Positions 46,559-56,352 of a stretch of DNA of 64,000 nt are shown here, in pieces. Under the pieces are notes generated by a model. The model was given only the letters and a program-made list of their open reading frames with translations, searched no databases and had not been told where the DNA came from. The translations under genes were made by a program, and so were the position numbers. Source of the DNA: Planctomycetota bacterium (GTDB lineage: Bacteria; Planctomycetota; JAJSAM01; JAJVHW01); NCBI GenBank assembly GCA_965248445.1, contig CBDFJG010000001.1, positions 256,001-320,000 of the forward strand, written 5' to 3'. How positions within the stretch are numbered: the first letter of the stretch is position 1; every line of letters starts with the position of its first letter.

Positions 46559-48136
46559 ATGAGTTCCGAAGAGCGCGACGGTTGGATCCTCCGTCCCATC
46601 GACGTCCTGGGCGTGCCGGTCGTGATCGACGTTCCCCCGGGCGGCCTGACGATCGGCCGGGACTCGTCGTGCGGCGTCGTGGTCCGCGCCGCGCAGTACC
46701 CGCAGGTGTCCGGCCAGCATGCGCGCGTCGATCTCGTCGGTGACGCCCTCGAGGTGACGGACCTCGGATCGATGAACGGCACGCTCGTGAACGGAGAGGA
46801 CGTCAAGACGCGTCGCCTCGCGAGCGGCGACGTCGTGCAATTGGGCGAGCACGGTCCTCGCTTCGCGGCGGTCTCCCACGCCGGCCTCACGGAGACGATG
46901 AACGTCGCGCCGCTCATGACGCCGAAGCCGCTGGCGGGCCTCGGCGACTCGACGATCACCAACATCCGCGCCGCCATCGGCGCCCCCGACAAGGCGGAAG
47001 TCGCGGAGTCCGTCCAGAAGTCGAGCCGCCGCACCATGGGGATGGCCGTTGTCCTGTCGGCCGTCGTCCTCACGCTGGCTGCTTTCGGGATGTGGAAGGT
47101 CGGGGAGAGCGGGCGGCGCGAGGCCAACATCCTCCGCGCTATGAACGAGCAGCTTCGCGGCGAGATTGCCGAGACCCGCGACACGCTGGTCGAACAGAGC
47201 ACTCGCCTGGATCAGCAGCGCGATGCCGTGCTGGCCGAACGCAACCGGCTGGCCGAACGCATCCGGTCGATCGAGGCGCAAGCGGGGAGCGGGGCGACCG
47301 AGCGGCTCCAGGAGGAGCTCTCTGCGCTCCGCGGTCAGTTGACCGACACCGAGCAGCGTCTTGAACTGTTCGACCCGGTGAACCTGGAGCGCGACCGCCT
47401 GCGCGACGTCTCGGCGGTGCACCGTGCGATCGTACTGATCGAGGCGACGACGCGCTACCGCGACACCGAGTCCGGACGCCTGCTGCACGTCGCGATCCAG
47501 CCCGACGGCGAGGAGTACGTGAACCTCGAGTTCGAGGGCGAGCTCGTCGAACAGGAGAGCAGCGGATCCGGATTCTGCGTCTCGACGGAGGGTCACATCC
47601 TGACGAACGCGCACGTCGTTCTGCCGGCCAACAGGCGCTCACAGATCAGCGGGCCGGACGGCGCCACGTTCGACATCGAAACAGACCCGCACGTCGTGTT
47701 CACCGGGGAGACCACCCGCTATCGGGCGGAGATCATCGAGGAGACGCTCGACCCGGACGAGGACCTCGCACTCATCCGGATCAACCCGTTCGACGGGATG
47801 CCGGTCCTCGAGGGCTTCACACTCGCGACGCCCGCGCCCCGGCCGGGCACGGAGGTCTACCTGTTCGGATTCCCGCTCGGGACGCTCGCGCTGCAGGAGG
47901 GCAACCGCGTCGTCGCCTCGACGTTCAAGGGGATACTGAGCCGCGAAGTCGGTGGCTTCCTGCAGATCGATGCGAGCGTGCATCCTGGCAACAGCGGCGG
48001 GCCCGTGACGGATGCCCACGGCAACGTTCTCGGGATCGTCGTCCAGGTCCAGGGGACACCCAGCGGGCAGTTCGCGCACTCGATCGGCTACGTGATCCCC
48101 ATCGCCCGCGCTAGCCTGGTCTGGCCGCCCGATTAG
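46559..48136 (+). CDS. FHA - TM - coiled coil - trypsin-like serine protease
   Basis: IGRD..VSGQHA..DLGSMNGT (FHA); GSGF, LTNAHV, DLAL, PGNSGGP. Confidence 0.9.
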   Translation: MSSEERDGWILRPIDVLGVPVVIDVPPGGLTIGRDSSCGVVVRAAQYPQVSGQHARVDLVGDALEVTDLGSMNGTLVNGEDVKTRRLASGDVVQLGEHGPRFAAVSHAGLTETMNVAPLMTPKPLAGLGDSTITNIRAAIGAPDKAEVAESVQKSSRRTMGMAVVLSAVVLTLAAFGMWKVGESGRREANILRAMNEQLRGEIAETRDTLVEQSTRLDQQRDAVLAERNRLAERIRSIEAQAGSGATERLQEELSALRGQLTDTEQRLELFDPVNLERDRLRDVSAVHRAIVLIEATTRYRDTESGRLLHVAIQPDGEEYVNLEFEGELVEQESSGSGFCVSTEGHILTNAHVVLPANRRSQISGPDGATFDIETDPHVVFTGETTRYRAEIIEETLDPDEDLALIRINPFDGMPVLEGFTLATPAPRPGTEVYLFGFPLGTLALQEGNRVVASTFKGILSREVGGFLQIDASVHPGNSGGPVTDAHGNVLGIVVQVQGTPSGQFAHSIGYVIPIARASLVWPPD

Positions 48137-48240
48137 CGCCTCCGGGCCCTCGCGGCGGATTGATCTCGTCAGAACGCCGCGCATGCGTCCACACTCGACC
48201 CAGCAACGACAATCCCGAGCAGCGAGGAGAAAAACCGACC

Positions 48241-48615
48241 ATGGCGCGACGTCTGTCCAACACAGGCCGCATTGCGAAAGCACGCGCCGAGGCCGCCGCG
48301 ACCATGAGCGAGAAGGAAGCCAAGAAGAAGGCCGCCAAGAAGACCACCAAGAAGGCCGCCAAGAAGACGACGAAGAAGGCCGCCAAGAAGACGACCAAGA
48401 AGGCCACCAAGAAAGCCGCCAAGAAGACCGCGAGGAAGCGGACCGCGAAGGCCCCCCAGCGGATGAAGATCATCTGGGGCGTCGCCAAGCACGGACACGA
48501 TCCGGTCTCCACGTTCGCGTATCGCGATCAGGCGAAGGCCGCCGCCGAAGCCGCGAAGAAGGGTGACGCGTTCTCGGTGCACCGCCTGCGCGTGCCCATG
48601 GAAGAAGACGAGTAA
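48241..48615 (+). CDS. Lys/Ala/Thr-rich histone H1-like protein
   Basis: KKAA/KKTT repeats; AGGAG upstream of ATG 48241. Confidence 0.8.
   Translation: MARRLSNTGRIAKARAEAAATMSEKEAKKKAAKKTTKKAAKKTTKKAAKKTTKKATKKAAKKTARKRTAKAPQRMKIIWGVAKHGHDPVSTFAYRDQAKAAAEAAKKGDAFSVHRLRVPMEEDE
48325..48432 (+). repeat. Nine degenerate 12-bp coding tandem repeats (AAGAAG-RCN-RCN)
   Basis: aagaaggccgcc / aagaagaccacc / aagaagacgacg and similar units. Confidence 0.85.
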
Positions 48616-48636
48616 GACGCAACGCCGAAGGTCGTC

Positions 48637-49158
48637 ATGAGTTCAGCGAAGACGCTGCACAAGCTCGACAGCACCCACCGCGGCTGGCTCACCCGGCTCC
48701 AGCCCCTCGACGAGACCGCATTCGCGCGCGTCCCGGAGGGCGGCGGCTGGGCCATCGGACAGGTCTGTCACCACGTCGGCAGCGTGTCCGACATGCTGCT
48801 CGGCAACGCGGAGCGCGCTGCCGCGGGCGACGGGCAGACGAAGGGGTTCCAGTTCCAGCCGTGGATGCTCACGGTCATGGGGCGTCTTCCGCCGATGCGG
48901 ATCAAGGTGCCCGTGGCGTCCCTGCCCCCGGAGATGCACGTCTTCGCGAACCCCCAGCAACTCTCGAAATCCGAGGGGTTCGAGCAGCTCGCCGGTGTCG
49001 TCGAGCGAATGCGTTCGACCGCTCCCGCAGTCGACGGCTCGACGAAGACCTGCCGTCGACGCCACCCCGTCGGCGGGTGGCTGAACGCGATGCAGTGGTT
49101 CCAGCTGACGGAGATGCACATGCGGCATCACTTGCGTCAGATCGACCGACTGCTCTGA
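48637..49158 (+). CDS. DinB-family protein
   Basis: GGWAIGQVCHHV, HPVGGWL, HMRHHLRQI. Confidence 0.85.
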   Translation: MSSAKTLHKLDSTHRGWLTRLQPLDETAFARVPEGGGWAIGQVCHHVGSVSDMLLGNAERAAAGDGQTKGFQFQPWMLTVMGRLPPMRIKVPVASLPPEMHVFANPQQLSKSEGFEQLAGVVERMRSTAPAVDGSTKTCRRRHPVGGWLNAMQWFQLTEMHMRHHLRQIDRLL

Positions 49159-49167
49159 GCGCGGCCG

Positions 49168-49974
49168 GTGGATCCTCCGATCCTCCGTCACCAGCGAGCG
49201 TTCAACCGGGCGACGCGCGACGCCTGGCAGACGTTTGCCCCCCACCGCGCACGCGTGATGGATGCGCTCCTCGAACGGCCGGGCGGCCGGCTGCTCGTCC
49301 TCGGCGCAGGTAACTGCAACGATCTTGACTTGCCGGTTCTGCTCGACAACTTCAGCGAGGTCCATCTCGCGGACCTGGACGCGGCGGCCGTCCACGACGG
49401 AGTCGCCCGGCAGGGTCCGTTCTCCAGCGCCGTCCGCGTGCACGACAGCATCGACGTGACCGGGATCGTGCGGCACCTCGACGCGTACTGGGAACGCAAG
49501 CCGGACGAGGCGGCGATCGAGGCGGCGCAGGAAGCCGCAGCCGTCGCTTCCCTCCCGCTCCTCGGTGGGCCATTCGACGTCATCGTGTCGGCGTGCGTGC
49601 TGACGCAGTTGATCGACTCGGTCGTGCACTCTTGCGGCAGGGAGAATCCGTCCGCCCGCCGGCTGGTCGACGCCGTGCGCGACCGGCACGCAGGACTGCT
49701 CCTCGATCTGGCAGTTCCCGGTGGTCGCGCGATCCTGGTGACCGACATGCTCTCGACAGCCCGCGACCCGCAGCTCGGCGGCGTCGAGGACCGCGCACTC
49801 GGAGAGTTCTTCGAGCTGTGCGCACGCGAGGATCGCTGCTTCGCAGGCACCAACCCGGCGCAGATCGAGGCGCTTCTCGGCCCGCGGGCGAGCGTGATCC
49901 GCCGCACGGCCCCGTGGACGTGGCAGATCGGGCCACTCGGCCTCCTCGTCTACGCGCTCCTGATCGACGCCTAG
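49168..49974 (+). CDS. SAM-dependent methyltransferase-like protein
   Basis: LLVLGAGNCNDLDL, VHLADLD, FDVIVS. Confidence 0.65.
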   Translation: MDPPILRHQRAFNRATRDAWQTFAPHRARVMDALLERPGGRLLVLGAGNCNDLDLPVLLDNFSEVHLADLDAAAVHDGVARQGPFSSAVRVHDSIDVTGIVRHLDAYWERKPDEAAIEAAQEAAAVASLPLLGGPFDVIVSACVLTQLIDSVVHSCGRENPSARRLVDAVRDRHAGLLLDLAVPGGRAILVTDMLSTARDPQLGGVEDRALGEFFELCAREDRCFAGTNPAQIEALLGPRASVIRRTAPWTWQIGPLGLLVYALLIDA

Positions 49975-50000
49975 CCCAGGGGGAGGCTAGAGTGTCAGCG

Positions 50001-50984
50001 ATGCGGAACGCGGCGTTGATCGCTGTTGCACTGACCGCCCTCCTGGCGGCGTCGGCGCACGCCGAACTCGCGGTCGGAGACGCCCCAAAGCCGATCGGCG
50101 AGGACGCAACTCTCCTCAACTGCGAGGAGTTCGACTTCGTGAAGATGCGCGGCAAGGTCGTCGTGCTGCAACTCGCGCACACGACGTCGAAGCCGTCGAA
50201 GAAGCAGATCCCGAAGCTGAAGGAGCTGCTCAAGAAGTACGCGGCGAAGGGCCTGCACCTGATCACGGCGTTCCAGGAGCCGAAAGAGGCTGTGGAGGCA
50301 TTCGTCAAGGAGAACGCGGTCGACTACCCGGTAGCCGCGGGCGTCAACGATCTGCAGGAGCGCTGGGGACTCGTGAAGGGGTTCCCCACGTCGTACGTCC
50401 TCGACGTCGAGGGCAACGTCGCGTGGGCCGGTAACTTCGCCGACCTTGCAGAGAAGGAGATCGTCGTGCTGCTGGAAAGGGTCACGGACATCCCGTGGCT
50501 GCCGGAGCAGTACAAGGCAATGACGGCGCACATGCTGGCCGCCGAGTTCGCGGAGCTCCGTACGAAGCTCGATGCTGCGCTGGCGGTGAAGGACGTGCCC
50601 GAAGACGAGAAGTCGCGTCTCACGGCCGCCGCTCAGTGGCTCGACGGGAAGGCGGCCGAGGCGCTCGCTGCCGCGCACGCAATCGACGCCAAGAAGAAGC
50701 CCTACGACGCCTACAAGGCGTTCGTGGCGGTGATCCGGCTGCATCCGCGTTCCGGCGCGGTGGACGACGCGCTGGCCGCGAAGGAGGCGTTGCTCGAGGA
50801 CAAGGACTCGGCGCGCGAGATCGAAGCGTGGCAGTTCTTCGATCAGCAGTTCGACGAGGCGAAGAAGATCGAGAGTGAAAGCAAGCGGAAGGCGATCAAC
50901 CTGCTGAAGAAGGTCACGGTCAAGTACCGCGGCACAGCCGCCGCCGCGAAGGCGAACTACTGGATCAGCAAGCTCTCCCCTTGA
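50001..50984 (+). CDS. Secreted TlpA/redoxin-fold protein with SxxS in place of CxxC, plus helical C-terminal domain
   Basis: LAVGDAP, RGKVVVLQLAHTTSKPSKKQIPKL, GFPTSYVLD; tail KYRGTAAAAKA. Confidence 0.85.
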   Translation: MRNAALIAVALTALLAASAHAELAVGDAPKPIGEDATLLNCEEFDFVKMRGKVVVLQLAHTTSKPSKKQIPKLKELLKKYAAKGLHLITAFQEPKEAVEAFVKENAVDYPVAAGVNDLQERWGLVKGFPTSYVLDVEGNVAWAGNFADLAEKEIVVLLERVTDIPWLPEQYKAMTAHMLAAEFAELRTKLDAALAVKDVPEDEKSRLTAAAQWLDGKAAEALAAAHAIDAKKKPYDAYKAFVAVIRLHPRSGAVDDALAAKEALLEDKDSAREIEAWQFFDQQFDEAKKIESESKRKAINLLKKVTVKYRGTAAAAKANYWISKLSP

Positions 50985-50991
50985 AGCGCTG

Positions 50992-51513
50992 CTAGACGGT
51001 TCGCCGACCGTCGATCGCCGCGCGGATCAGCGCCATCTGCCCGCGATGGTGTGCCTCGTGTTCCGCGACATGCTGCAGCACCCAGAGCGGACTAATGACG
51101 TGCCCGGCACGCTCGCGCGGGCGCCGGAACTCCTCGCCGTCGATGCTGCGGAAGTGCTCGAGAAACACGGCTCTCGTGGTGGCCAATCGCACCACGTGGC
51201 GCACGGGCGGTTCGCCGGACACCTCAGGCAGCGGGTGCTCCATTCCCGCGGGGTACGCGTGCGGCAGCAGATCTTTGATGTCCGCGTCGCGGCCCGCGCC
51301 GTGGAGCAGTTCGAGCCACCAGACCTCGGCGTGCGCCACGTGATAGAGCAGCGTCGCAATCGAGTTGCGAGACGCCGGGCTGCGCAGATCGAGTTGCTCT
51401 CCGGTCAGCCCATCGATGGTCCGCAGCGTGCGGGCGCGCACGGTCTCCGCGGCCCAGACCCACGGCGTGACCCCGTCGGCGAAGCCCTCGGGAGGGTCGG
51501 TGTGGAACGACAT
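50992..51513 (-). CDS. DinB-family (DUF664-like) protein
   Basis: NSIATLLYHVAHAE.WW, WVLQHVAEHEAHHRGQ. Confidence 0.88.
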   Translation of the reverse strand: MSFHTDPPEGFADGVTPWVWAAETVRARTLRTIDGLTGEQLDLRSPASRNSIATLLYHVAHAEVWWLELLHGAGRDADIKDLLPHAYPAGMEHPLPEVSGEPPVRHVVRLATTRAVFLEHFRSIDGEEFRRPRERAGHVISPLWVLQHVAEHEAHHRGQMALIRAAIDGRRTV

Positions 51514-51514
51514 C

Positions 51515-51877
51515 TCAGCCGATGTCGAGCAGTTCCATATCGAACACGAGGTCCTGCTTGGGCGGAATGCCGGCCGGATGGCCCTGCGCGCCGTACGCGA
51601 GCTGGTACGGGATCGTCGCGGTCCAGCGGTCGCCCACACACATCTCGGCGCCAATCAGGTCCCAGCCCTTGATCACCATGCCCGCGCCCAGCTTGAAGCC
51701 GAACGGCGAGCCGCGGTCGCGCGAGCTGTCGAACGGACGACCGTCCGGATAGGTGCCGACGTAGTGCACGCTCAACTGATCGCCGCGGATCGGCTTCTGC
51801 CCGTTCCCGCTGGTGATGAACTCGACTTCGATGGCCGGCACGCCGTCCATCCCGGATTCGATCTGCTTGTCCGCCAT
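51515..51877 (-). CDS. FKBP-type peptidyl-prolyl isomerase
   Basis: VHYVG..DG..FDSSRDRG.PF, VIKGWD, LAYG, IPP..DLVFDMEL. Confidence 0.95.
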   Translation of the reverse strand: MADKQIESGMDGVPAIEVEFITSGNGQKPIRGDQLSVHYVGTYPDGRPFDSSRDRGSPFGFKLGAGMVIKGWDLIGAEMCVGDRWTATIPYQLAYGAQGHPAGIPPKQDLVFDMELLDIG

Positions 51878-52024
51878 GGTTCCTCCTCGTGGAGGCGGAA
51901 TCGTGCCCGAAGACCGCCCCGTGCGACGGGAATTCGCGACCGTTCGCAACGAGACTCTCTCTGCCGCCTTCCGGGGCGTGCTTGAACCGATTCGGCCATC
52001 CTCGGGGATGTACTGTGCAGAACC

Positions 52025-54394
52025 GTGAGTGACCAGATCGCACCGGAGAGCCTCCTCAGCCATTCCGACTTCATTCGTCGGCTGGCCTGGCGGCTCCTGC
52101 GCGACGAGCACCAGGTCGAGGACGTCGTCCAGGACACGTTCGTCGCGGCCATCGAGCGCCCGCCCCCCGACGAGAGCGGCGTTCGATCGTGGCTCGGTGT
52201 CGTCACACGCAACCTCGCTCTCAAGAAGCGCCGCTCCGACACCCGTCGGCGCAAGCGGGAGGAGACCGTCGCTGCGCGCACCGTGCGCGTGCCGACGGCG
52301 CAAACGATCCTCGAGCGCGAAGCGGTGCGGCAACGTGTCGTGACCGCCGTGCTCGAGCTCGACGAGCCCTACCGCTCGGTCGTCCTCCTGCGCTTTTTCG
52401 AGAGTCTCCCGCCGCGCGACATCGCGCGCAGCCTGGACGTACCCGTCGAGACGGTGCGCACGCGGCTGAAGCGCGCGTGCGCGCAATTGCGCGAGAGGTT
52501 GCACGCGGAAGATGGCGAGAACCGCGGCGCCTGGGTGGCGATGCTCTTGCCGCTCGCGCGCGGCGCGCCGTTCCAAGGACTCGAGGGACTGCCGGAGACG
52601 GCCGGGCCCGCAACCACAGGAGCCGCAACTATGAGCAGCACAGCAACGGGCCTCGGCGTCATGAAACTCCTTCTCGGAGCGGCACTCGTGGCGGTCGCCG
52701 GCGGAGGCATCTGGTGGATGGCACAACCCGCCGACGACGGCGGCGCCGCCGCACCTCCGGTCGTCGCCGAAGAGCCGGCCGCCCCGGACGAGGACGAACC
52801 GGAGCGAGAGCGCGTGCGCCCCCAGTCGCTGGACGGAGCCGCGTCGGACACCGAGTCCGACGAGGGCGATGCCCTGCCGGCCGGGATGGTCGCCGGCGTG
52901 CTCGTGGACGAGAGCGGCGCGCCGTTCGCGAACAAGTACGTCTGGATCGCAGGCGAAGACGACGTTGTGGGTGAGGGCGAGCGCGACCGAGAGCCCTGGC
53001 ATGGACGCGAGGCCGAGACCGACGAGGAGGGGCGCTTTCGCGTCGAGCTCGACGTGCCCCGCCGCGTGCGCGTGTCGGCCGGCCGCTCGCCCGAGGTGCA
53101 GCCGCTCGAACGCGAAGCCAAGTGGATTACGCCGCCCGCGGACGACCTGCGCGTCGTGGCGCGCCGTATGCCGGTCGGCACGCTGACGGTCCGCGTCGAC
53201 GACCCGGCGGCGGGCGAGTCACTCGCCGGGTTCATCTGCCGGGTCGACGTGCGCGGGGACGACCTGCACATCCGCGCCGAGGACGAGGTGGCCACGCAGG
53301 TGCTGCGCATGCAGGCGGGCGAGTCGACCCTCTCCGTGACAGTCACGCTCGTCGAACCGGCACTCTCCGTGGCGCCGTCCCAGGAGATCGCGCTGCTCCC
53401 GGGCAAGCAGTCACTGATCACGTTCGAGATGCCGGACCGCGCTGAGATCTCGGGCCGCGTCGTAGACGCGAACGGAAATGCAGTCACCGAGGCGTGCGTC
53501 TTCTTCGGCGACCAGTTTCGCGCCCGCCGCAATTGGAGCCGGAACGTCCATCCCGAGGACGCGCCCGACGCTGTGTACACGGACGCCGACGGGCGCTTCA
53601 CCGTTCGCGGCGACAGCACGCAGGTGACGGCATTCCACGCATCGCATGGTGTCGTGACGGCTGCGATCGACGACGCCGGCACCCTGACGCTGCCGGCGCC
53701 GGGCAAGATCACCGGACGCGTCGTCGATCTCGAGGGGAACGTACTCGCAGGTAAGCGCCTGCACCTGGATCGCCGGGACAAGTGGAGCGTGGAGACCGAC
53801 GCGCAAGGCCGGTTCACGTTCGAGACGGCACTCGGCGGCGTCCGCTGGATCAGCCTGCCCAAGCCGATGCGCCACCTGGTCGGCGTGAGGGTCGATGCCG
53901 GACAGACCGCCGACGTCGACATCTCGGGCTGGCTCGCGGAGACGAACATCCAGCTGACGTCGAACGGCGCCCCCACGAACCTCGGGTTCGGAGGCGTCGT
54001 CCTCGGCCTCGACCGCGTGTTCACGCTCCACGAGTTCGAGTACGACGAGGGACGGACCCGCATCGGGCGCATCCTGCCCGGCCGCTACCTGTTCCTCTCA
54101 CGGAGCGGGCACATGGCGACCGTCAACGTGAACGGACCGGACGTGACCGCGGACGTCGGCACCGCGACCCTGACGGTGCAGGCCGAGCCGGGCACGAGGA
54201 TCTACGTGATCCCAGCCGGATCACCGGAGCAGGTGCGGCTGTTCGCGCCTCACAACGCGCGGGAGATCCCGGAGTCGGGTGAGTTGTCGTGGGGTCCGCT
54301 GCGTGCCGGCAGCTACGCGATCGGCGTCCCACGCCGCGGCATACAGAAGACGGTCGAGGTCACCGACGCAGGCACAGCCGCGACGCTCGAGTAG
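52025..54394 (+). CDS. ECF sigma factor fused via a TM helix to carboxypeptidase-regulatory-like beta-sandwich repeats
   Basis: EDVVQDTF, RSWL, LDEPYRSVVLLRF, PVETVRTRLKR; TM LLLGAALVAVAGGGIWW; repeated G.VVD..G / TD..GRF. Confidence 0.88.
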   Translation: MSDQIAPESLLSHSDFIRRLAWRLLRDEHQVEDVVQDTFVAAIERPPPDESGVRSWLGVVTRNLALKKRRSDTRRRKREETVAARTVRVPTAQTILEREAVRQRVVTAVLELDEPYRSVVLLRFFESLPPRDIARSLDVPVETVRTRLKRACAQLRERLHAEDGENRGAWVAMLLPLARGAPFQGLEGLPETAGPATTGAATMSSTATGLGVMKLLLGAALVAVAGGGIWWMAQPADDGGAAAPPVVAEEPAAPDEDEPERERVRPQSLDGAASDTESDEGDALPAGMVAGVLVDESGAPFANKYVWIAGEDDVVGEGERDREPWHGREAETDEEGRFRVELDVPRRVRVSAGRSPEVQPLEREAKWITPPADDLRVVARRMPVGTLTVRVDDPAAGESLAGFICRVDVRGDDLHIRAEDEVATQVLRMQAGESTLSVTVTLVEPALSVAPSQEIALLPGKQSLITFEMPDRAEISGRVVDANGNAVTEACVFFGDQFRARRNWSRNVHPEDAPDAVYTDADGRFTVRGDSTQVTAFHASHGVVTAAIDDAGTLTLPAPGKITGRVVDLEGNVLAGKRLHLDRRDKWSVETDAQGRFTFETALGGVRWISLPKPMRHLVGVRVDAGQTADVDISGWLAETNIQLTSNGAPTNLGFGGVVLGLDRVFTLHEFEYDEGRTRIGRILPGRYLFLSRSGHMATVNVNGPDVTADVGTATLTVQAEPGTRIYVIPAGSPEQVRLFAPHNAREIPESGELSWGPLRAGSYAIGVPRRGIQKTVEVTDAGTAATLE

Positions 54395-54430
54395 CCCACT
54401 AGCGGAACGAGAGACCTCCCGCGCTGCGGG

Positions 54431-54733
54431 TCACCCGTCGCGCGGGATCGTGAGCGTCTGTGCGACGGATCCTCGGACGGTGATGGCCGACACGCGAAGC
54501 GTGATGGCGTTCCCGGAACGGTTGAGCAGTCGCGTGAGGAACACCCAATCACCATTCTGGAGGTTCGCGAAGTGCGCGATGCGCAGACCGGTCACGTCGT
54601 CGTCTGCCGTGACGGGCGCGACGTTCATCACCGCCCGTTGGCGCTTGCTCCTTCGGTAACCGTTCACCTCGACAAGGCTGAAGTCCACTCCCGGCCTCCA
54701 GTCCGTGTTCAGATCGATCCGCACGTTCGCCAT
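54431..54733 (-). CDS. Hypothetical protein (100 aa)
   Basis: GGAG upstream of ATG; globular beta-rich composition. Confidence 0.55.
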   Translation of the reverse strand: MANVRIDLNTDWRPGVDFSLVEVNGYRRSKRQRAVMNVAPVTADDDVTGLRIAHFANLQNGDWVFLTRLLNRSGNAITLRVSAITVRGSVAQTLTIPRDG

Positions 54734-54837
54734 GTCACACTCCGATCTTCGCGCGCTTCGCCGCGCGGCAGGTACCCCTGATCTGGCGCGACACGGTACG
54801 GGGACCGCTGCGCAGAATCACGCTCCAGCAGCGGCCG

Positions 54838-55656
54838 CTACTCGGTCTCGGCAATCCGCTCACGGATGTGGTCGCCGATGGGATCGTGGCCGGTGTCCAC
54901 TTCGAAGACGTCGACGTTCATGTCGCGGAAGTGCTGACGGCCCTTCTCGTCGAGATGCGATTCCGCGCGCGCCCGCACGCGCTCCTCGATCTCGCCGAAC
55001 GCCTGCAGGTACGTCTGCTCGCGCCCAGGCACCTTGTCCTTGGCGAGCCGTCCGAAGAAGCGCCCGATCGCGCCCCGGAAGTCGCCACTCTTCTTGATGT
55101 CTGCGGCGAAGTCCGAGAGGACGTCCGTGCCGTCGAGGCGCCGCTCGCTCAGCAGCGCGAAGCCCTCGTCGCGCGCGCTGTTGAACACCTCGCGCAAGGA
55201 GTCCTCTTGGTCCTCATTCAGTCCGAACTCGCGCGTGATCTCCGACATCGGTGGCTTCCACTTGCCGTCCTCGGAGCGATAGCGCTGCCGTGCGGCCAGC
55301 CGCTCCATCTGCTCCTCCACCGCGGTCTCGAGTCGCGTGGCGACCTCGTTCTCGAACGCTGCCGCGCGCGTTTCGTCGCCGGCAAGCAGCGCACTGTCGG
55401 CTCCACCGGCCACGGCGGCCGCCCCGCCGGACGCCGCCGTGCCGCGCGGCGCCGACTCGACACGCCGTTTGACGCTGCGGCTGGTCTCCCGCACGTCGCG
55501 GAGCATCGACTCCATCCCGTCGAGCCGCTTCTCGATGGCGGCCAGCCGCTCGTCGGACGAGCCCTCCCCACCCGGGCTCCCCTGGTTCACGGCGACGAAC
55601 ACCGTGACGGACAGCGTGAGGGCCACCAGTGCGATCAAGACTCCGCTCGCTCTCAT
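54838..55656 (-). CDS. Membrane-anchored coiled-coil hypothetical protein
   Basis: AGGAGG RBS, N-terminal TM, coiled coil. Confidence 0.7.
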   Translation of the reverse strand: MRASGVLIALVALTLSVTVFVAVNQGSPGGEGSSDERLAAIEKRLDGMESMLRDVRETSRSVKRRVESAPRGTAASGGAAAVAGGADSALLAGDETRAAAFENEVATRLETAVEEQMERLAARQRYRSEDGKWKPPMSEITREFGLNEDQEDSLREVFNSARDEGFALLSERRLDGTDVLSDFAADIKKSGDFRGAIGRFFGRLAKDKVPGREQTYLQAFGEIEERVRARAESHLDEKGRQHFRDMNVDVFEVDTGHDPIGDHIRERIAETE

Positions 55657-55743
55657 CCCTGCCTCCTGCGGCTCGCTTTCGGCGCGCCTGGTCTGGATGA
55701 TATGGGAACCGAAAGGCAGCCACCGAGTTCGGAGGACACCGGA

Positions 55744-56352
55744 ATGCCCCCCGCGGACCCACGCGTAGACGCCTACATCGCGAAGGCCGAGCCCTTCGCG
55801 AGGCCGATCCTCGAGCGCATCCGCAAGTCCTTCCACAAGGGCTGCCCCGAGATCGTCGAGCAGATCAAGTGGAAGCACCCCTCGTTCGAGCACAACGGGA
55901 TCATCGGCGGGATGGCGTCGCACAAGGCCCACGTCTCGCTGTGGTTCCACCGCGGAGCCGAGGTCGACGACCCCGACGGGATTTTCGACGGCATGGGCGA
56001 GAAGCAGATGGCCGGCGCACGGGCAGAGAAGCTGTCGGACCTCCCCACACAGCGAGTCCTGGCGAGCTACGTCAAGCGGGCGGCGAAGTTGAACGAGGGA
56101 CCCAGTCGGCTCGCCAAGAAGCCAGTGCCCCGCAAGCCGGCGCCGAAGATCCCGGCGGTGGTCAAGGCGGCGCTCGCGAAGAACAAGAAGGCGCGCACGT
56201 TCTACGAGTCCCTGCCGCCGGGCGCCAAGCGCGACTACGTGGAGTGGGTCACGACGGCGAAGCGCGAAGCCACGCGCGACAAGCGACTCGCCACGATGGT
56301 CGTGTGGCTCTCCGAAGGAAAGCGCCGGAACTGGAAGTACGAGAATTGCTGA
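55744..56352 (+). CDS. DUF1801 plus YdeI/OmpD-associated family protein
   Basis: DPRVDAYI..FARPIL..IKWKHPSF; KRDYVEWV..AKREATR.KR..GKRRNWKY. Confidence 0.9.
   Translation: MPPADPRVDAYIAKAEPFARPILERIRKSFHKGCPEIVEQIKWKHPSFEHNGIIGGMASHKAHVSLWFHRGAEVDDPDGIFDGMGEKQMAGARAEKLSDLPTQRVLASYVKRAAKLNEGPSRLAKKPVPRKPAPKIPAVVKAALAKNKKARTFYESLPPGAKRDYVEWVTTAKREATRDKRLATMVVWLSEGKRRNWKYENC

Noticed and set aside
48325..48432. CRISPR-like or non-coding repeat array
   Set aside because: Spacer-less 12-bp in-frame coding repeats
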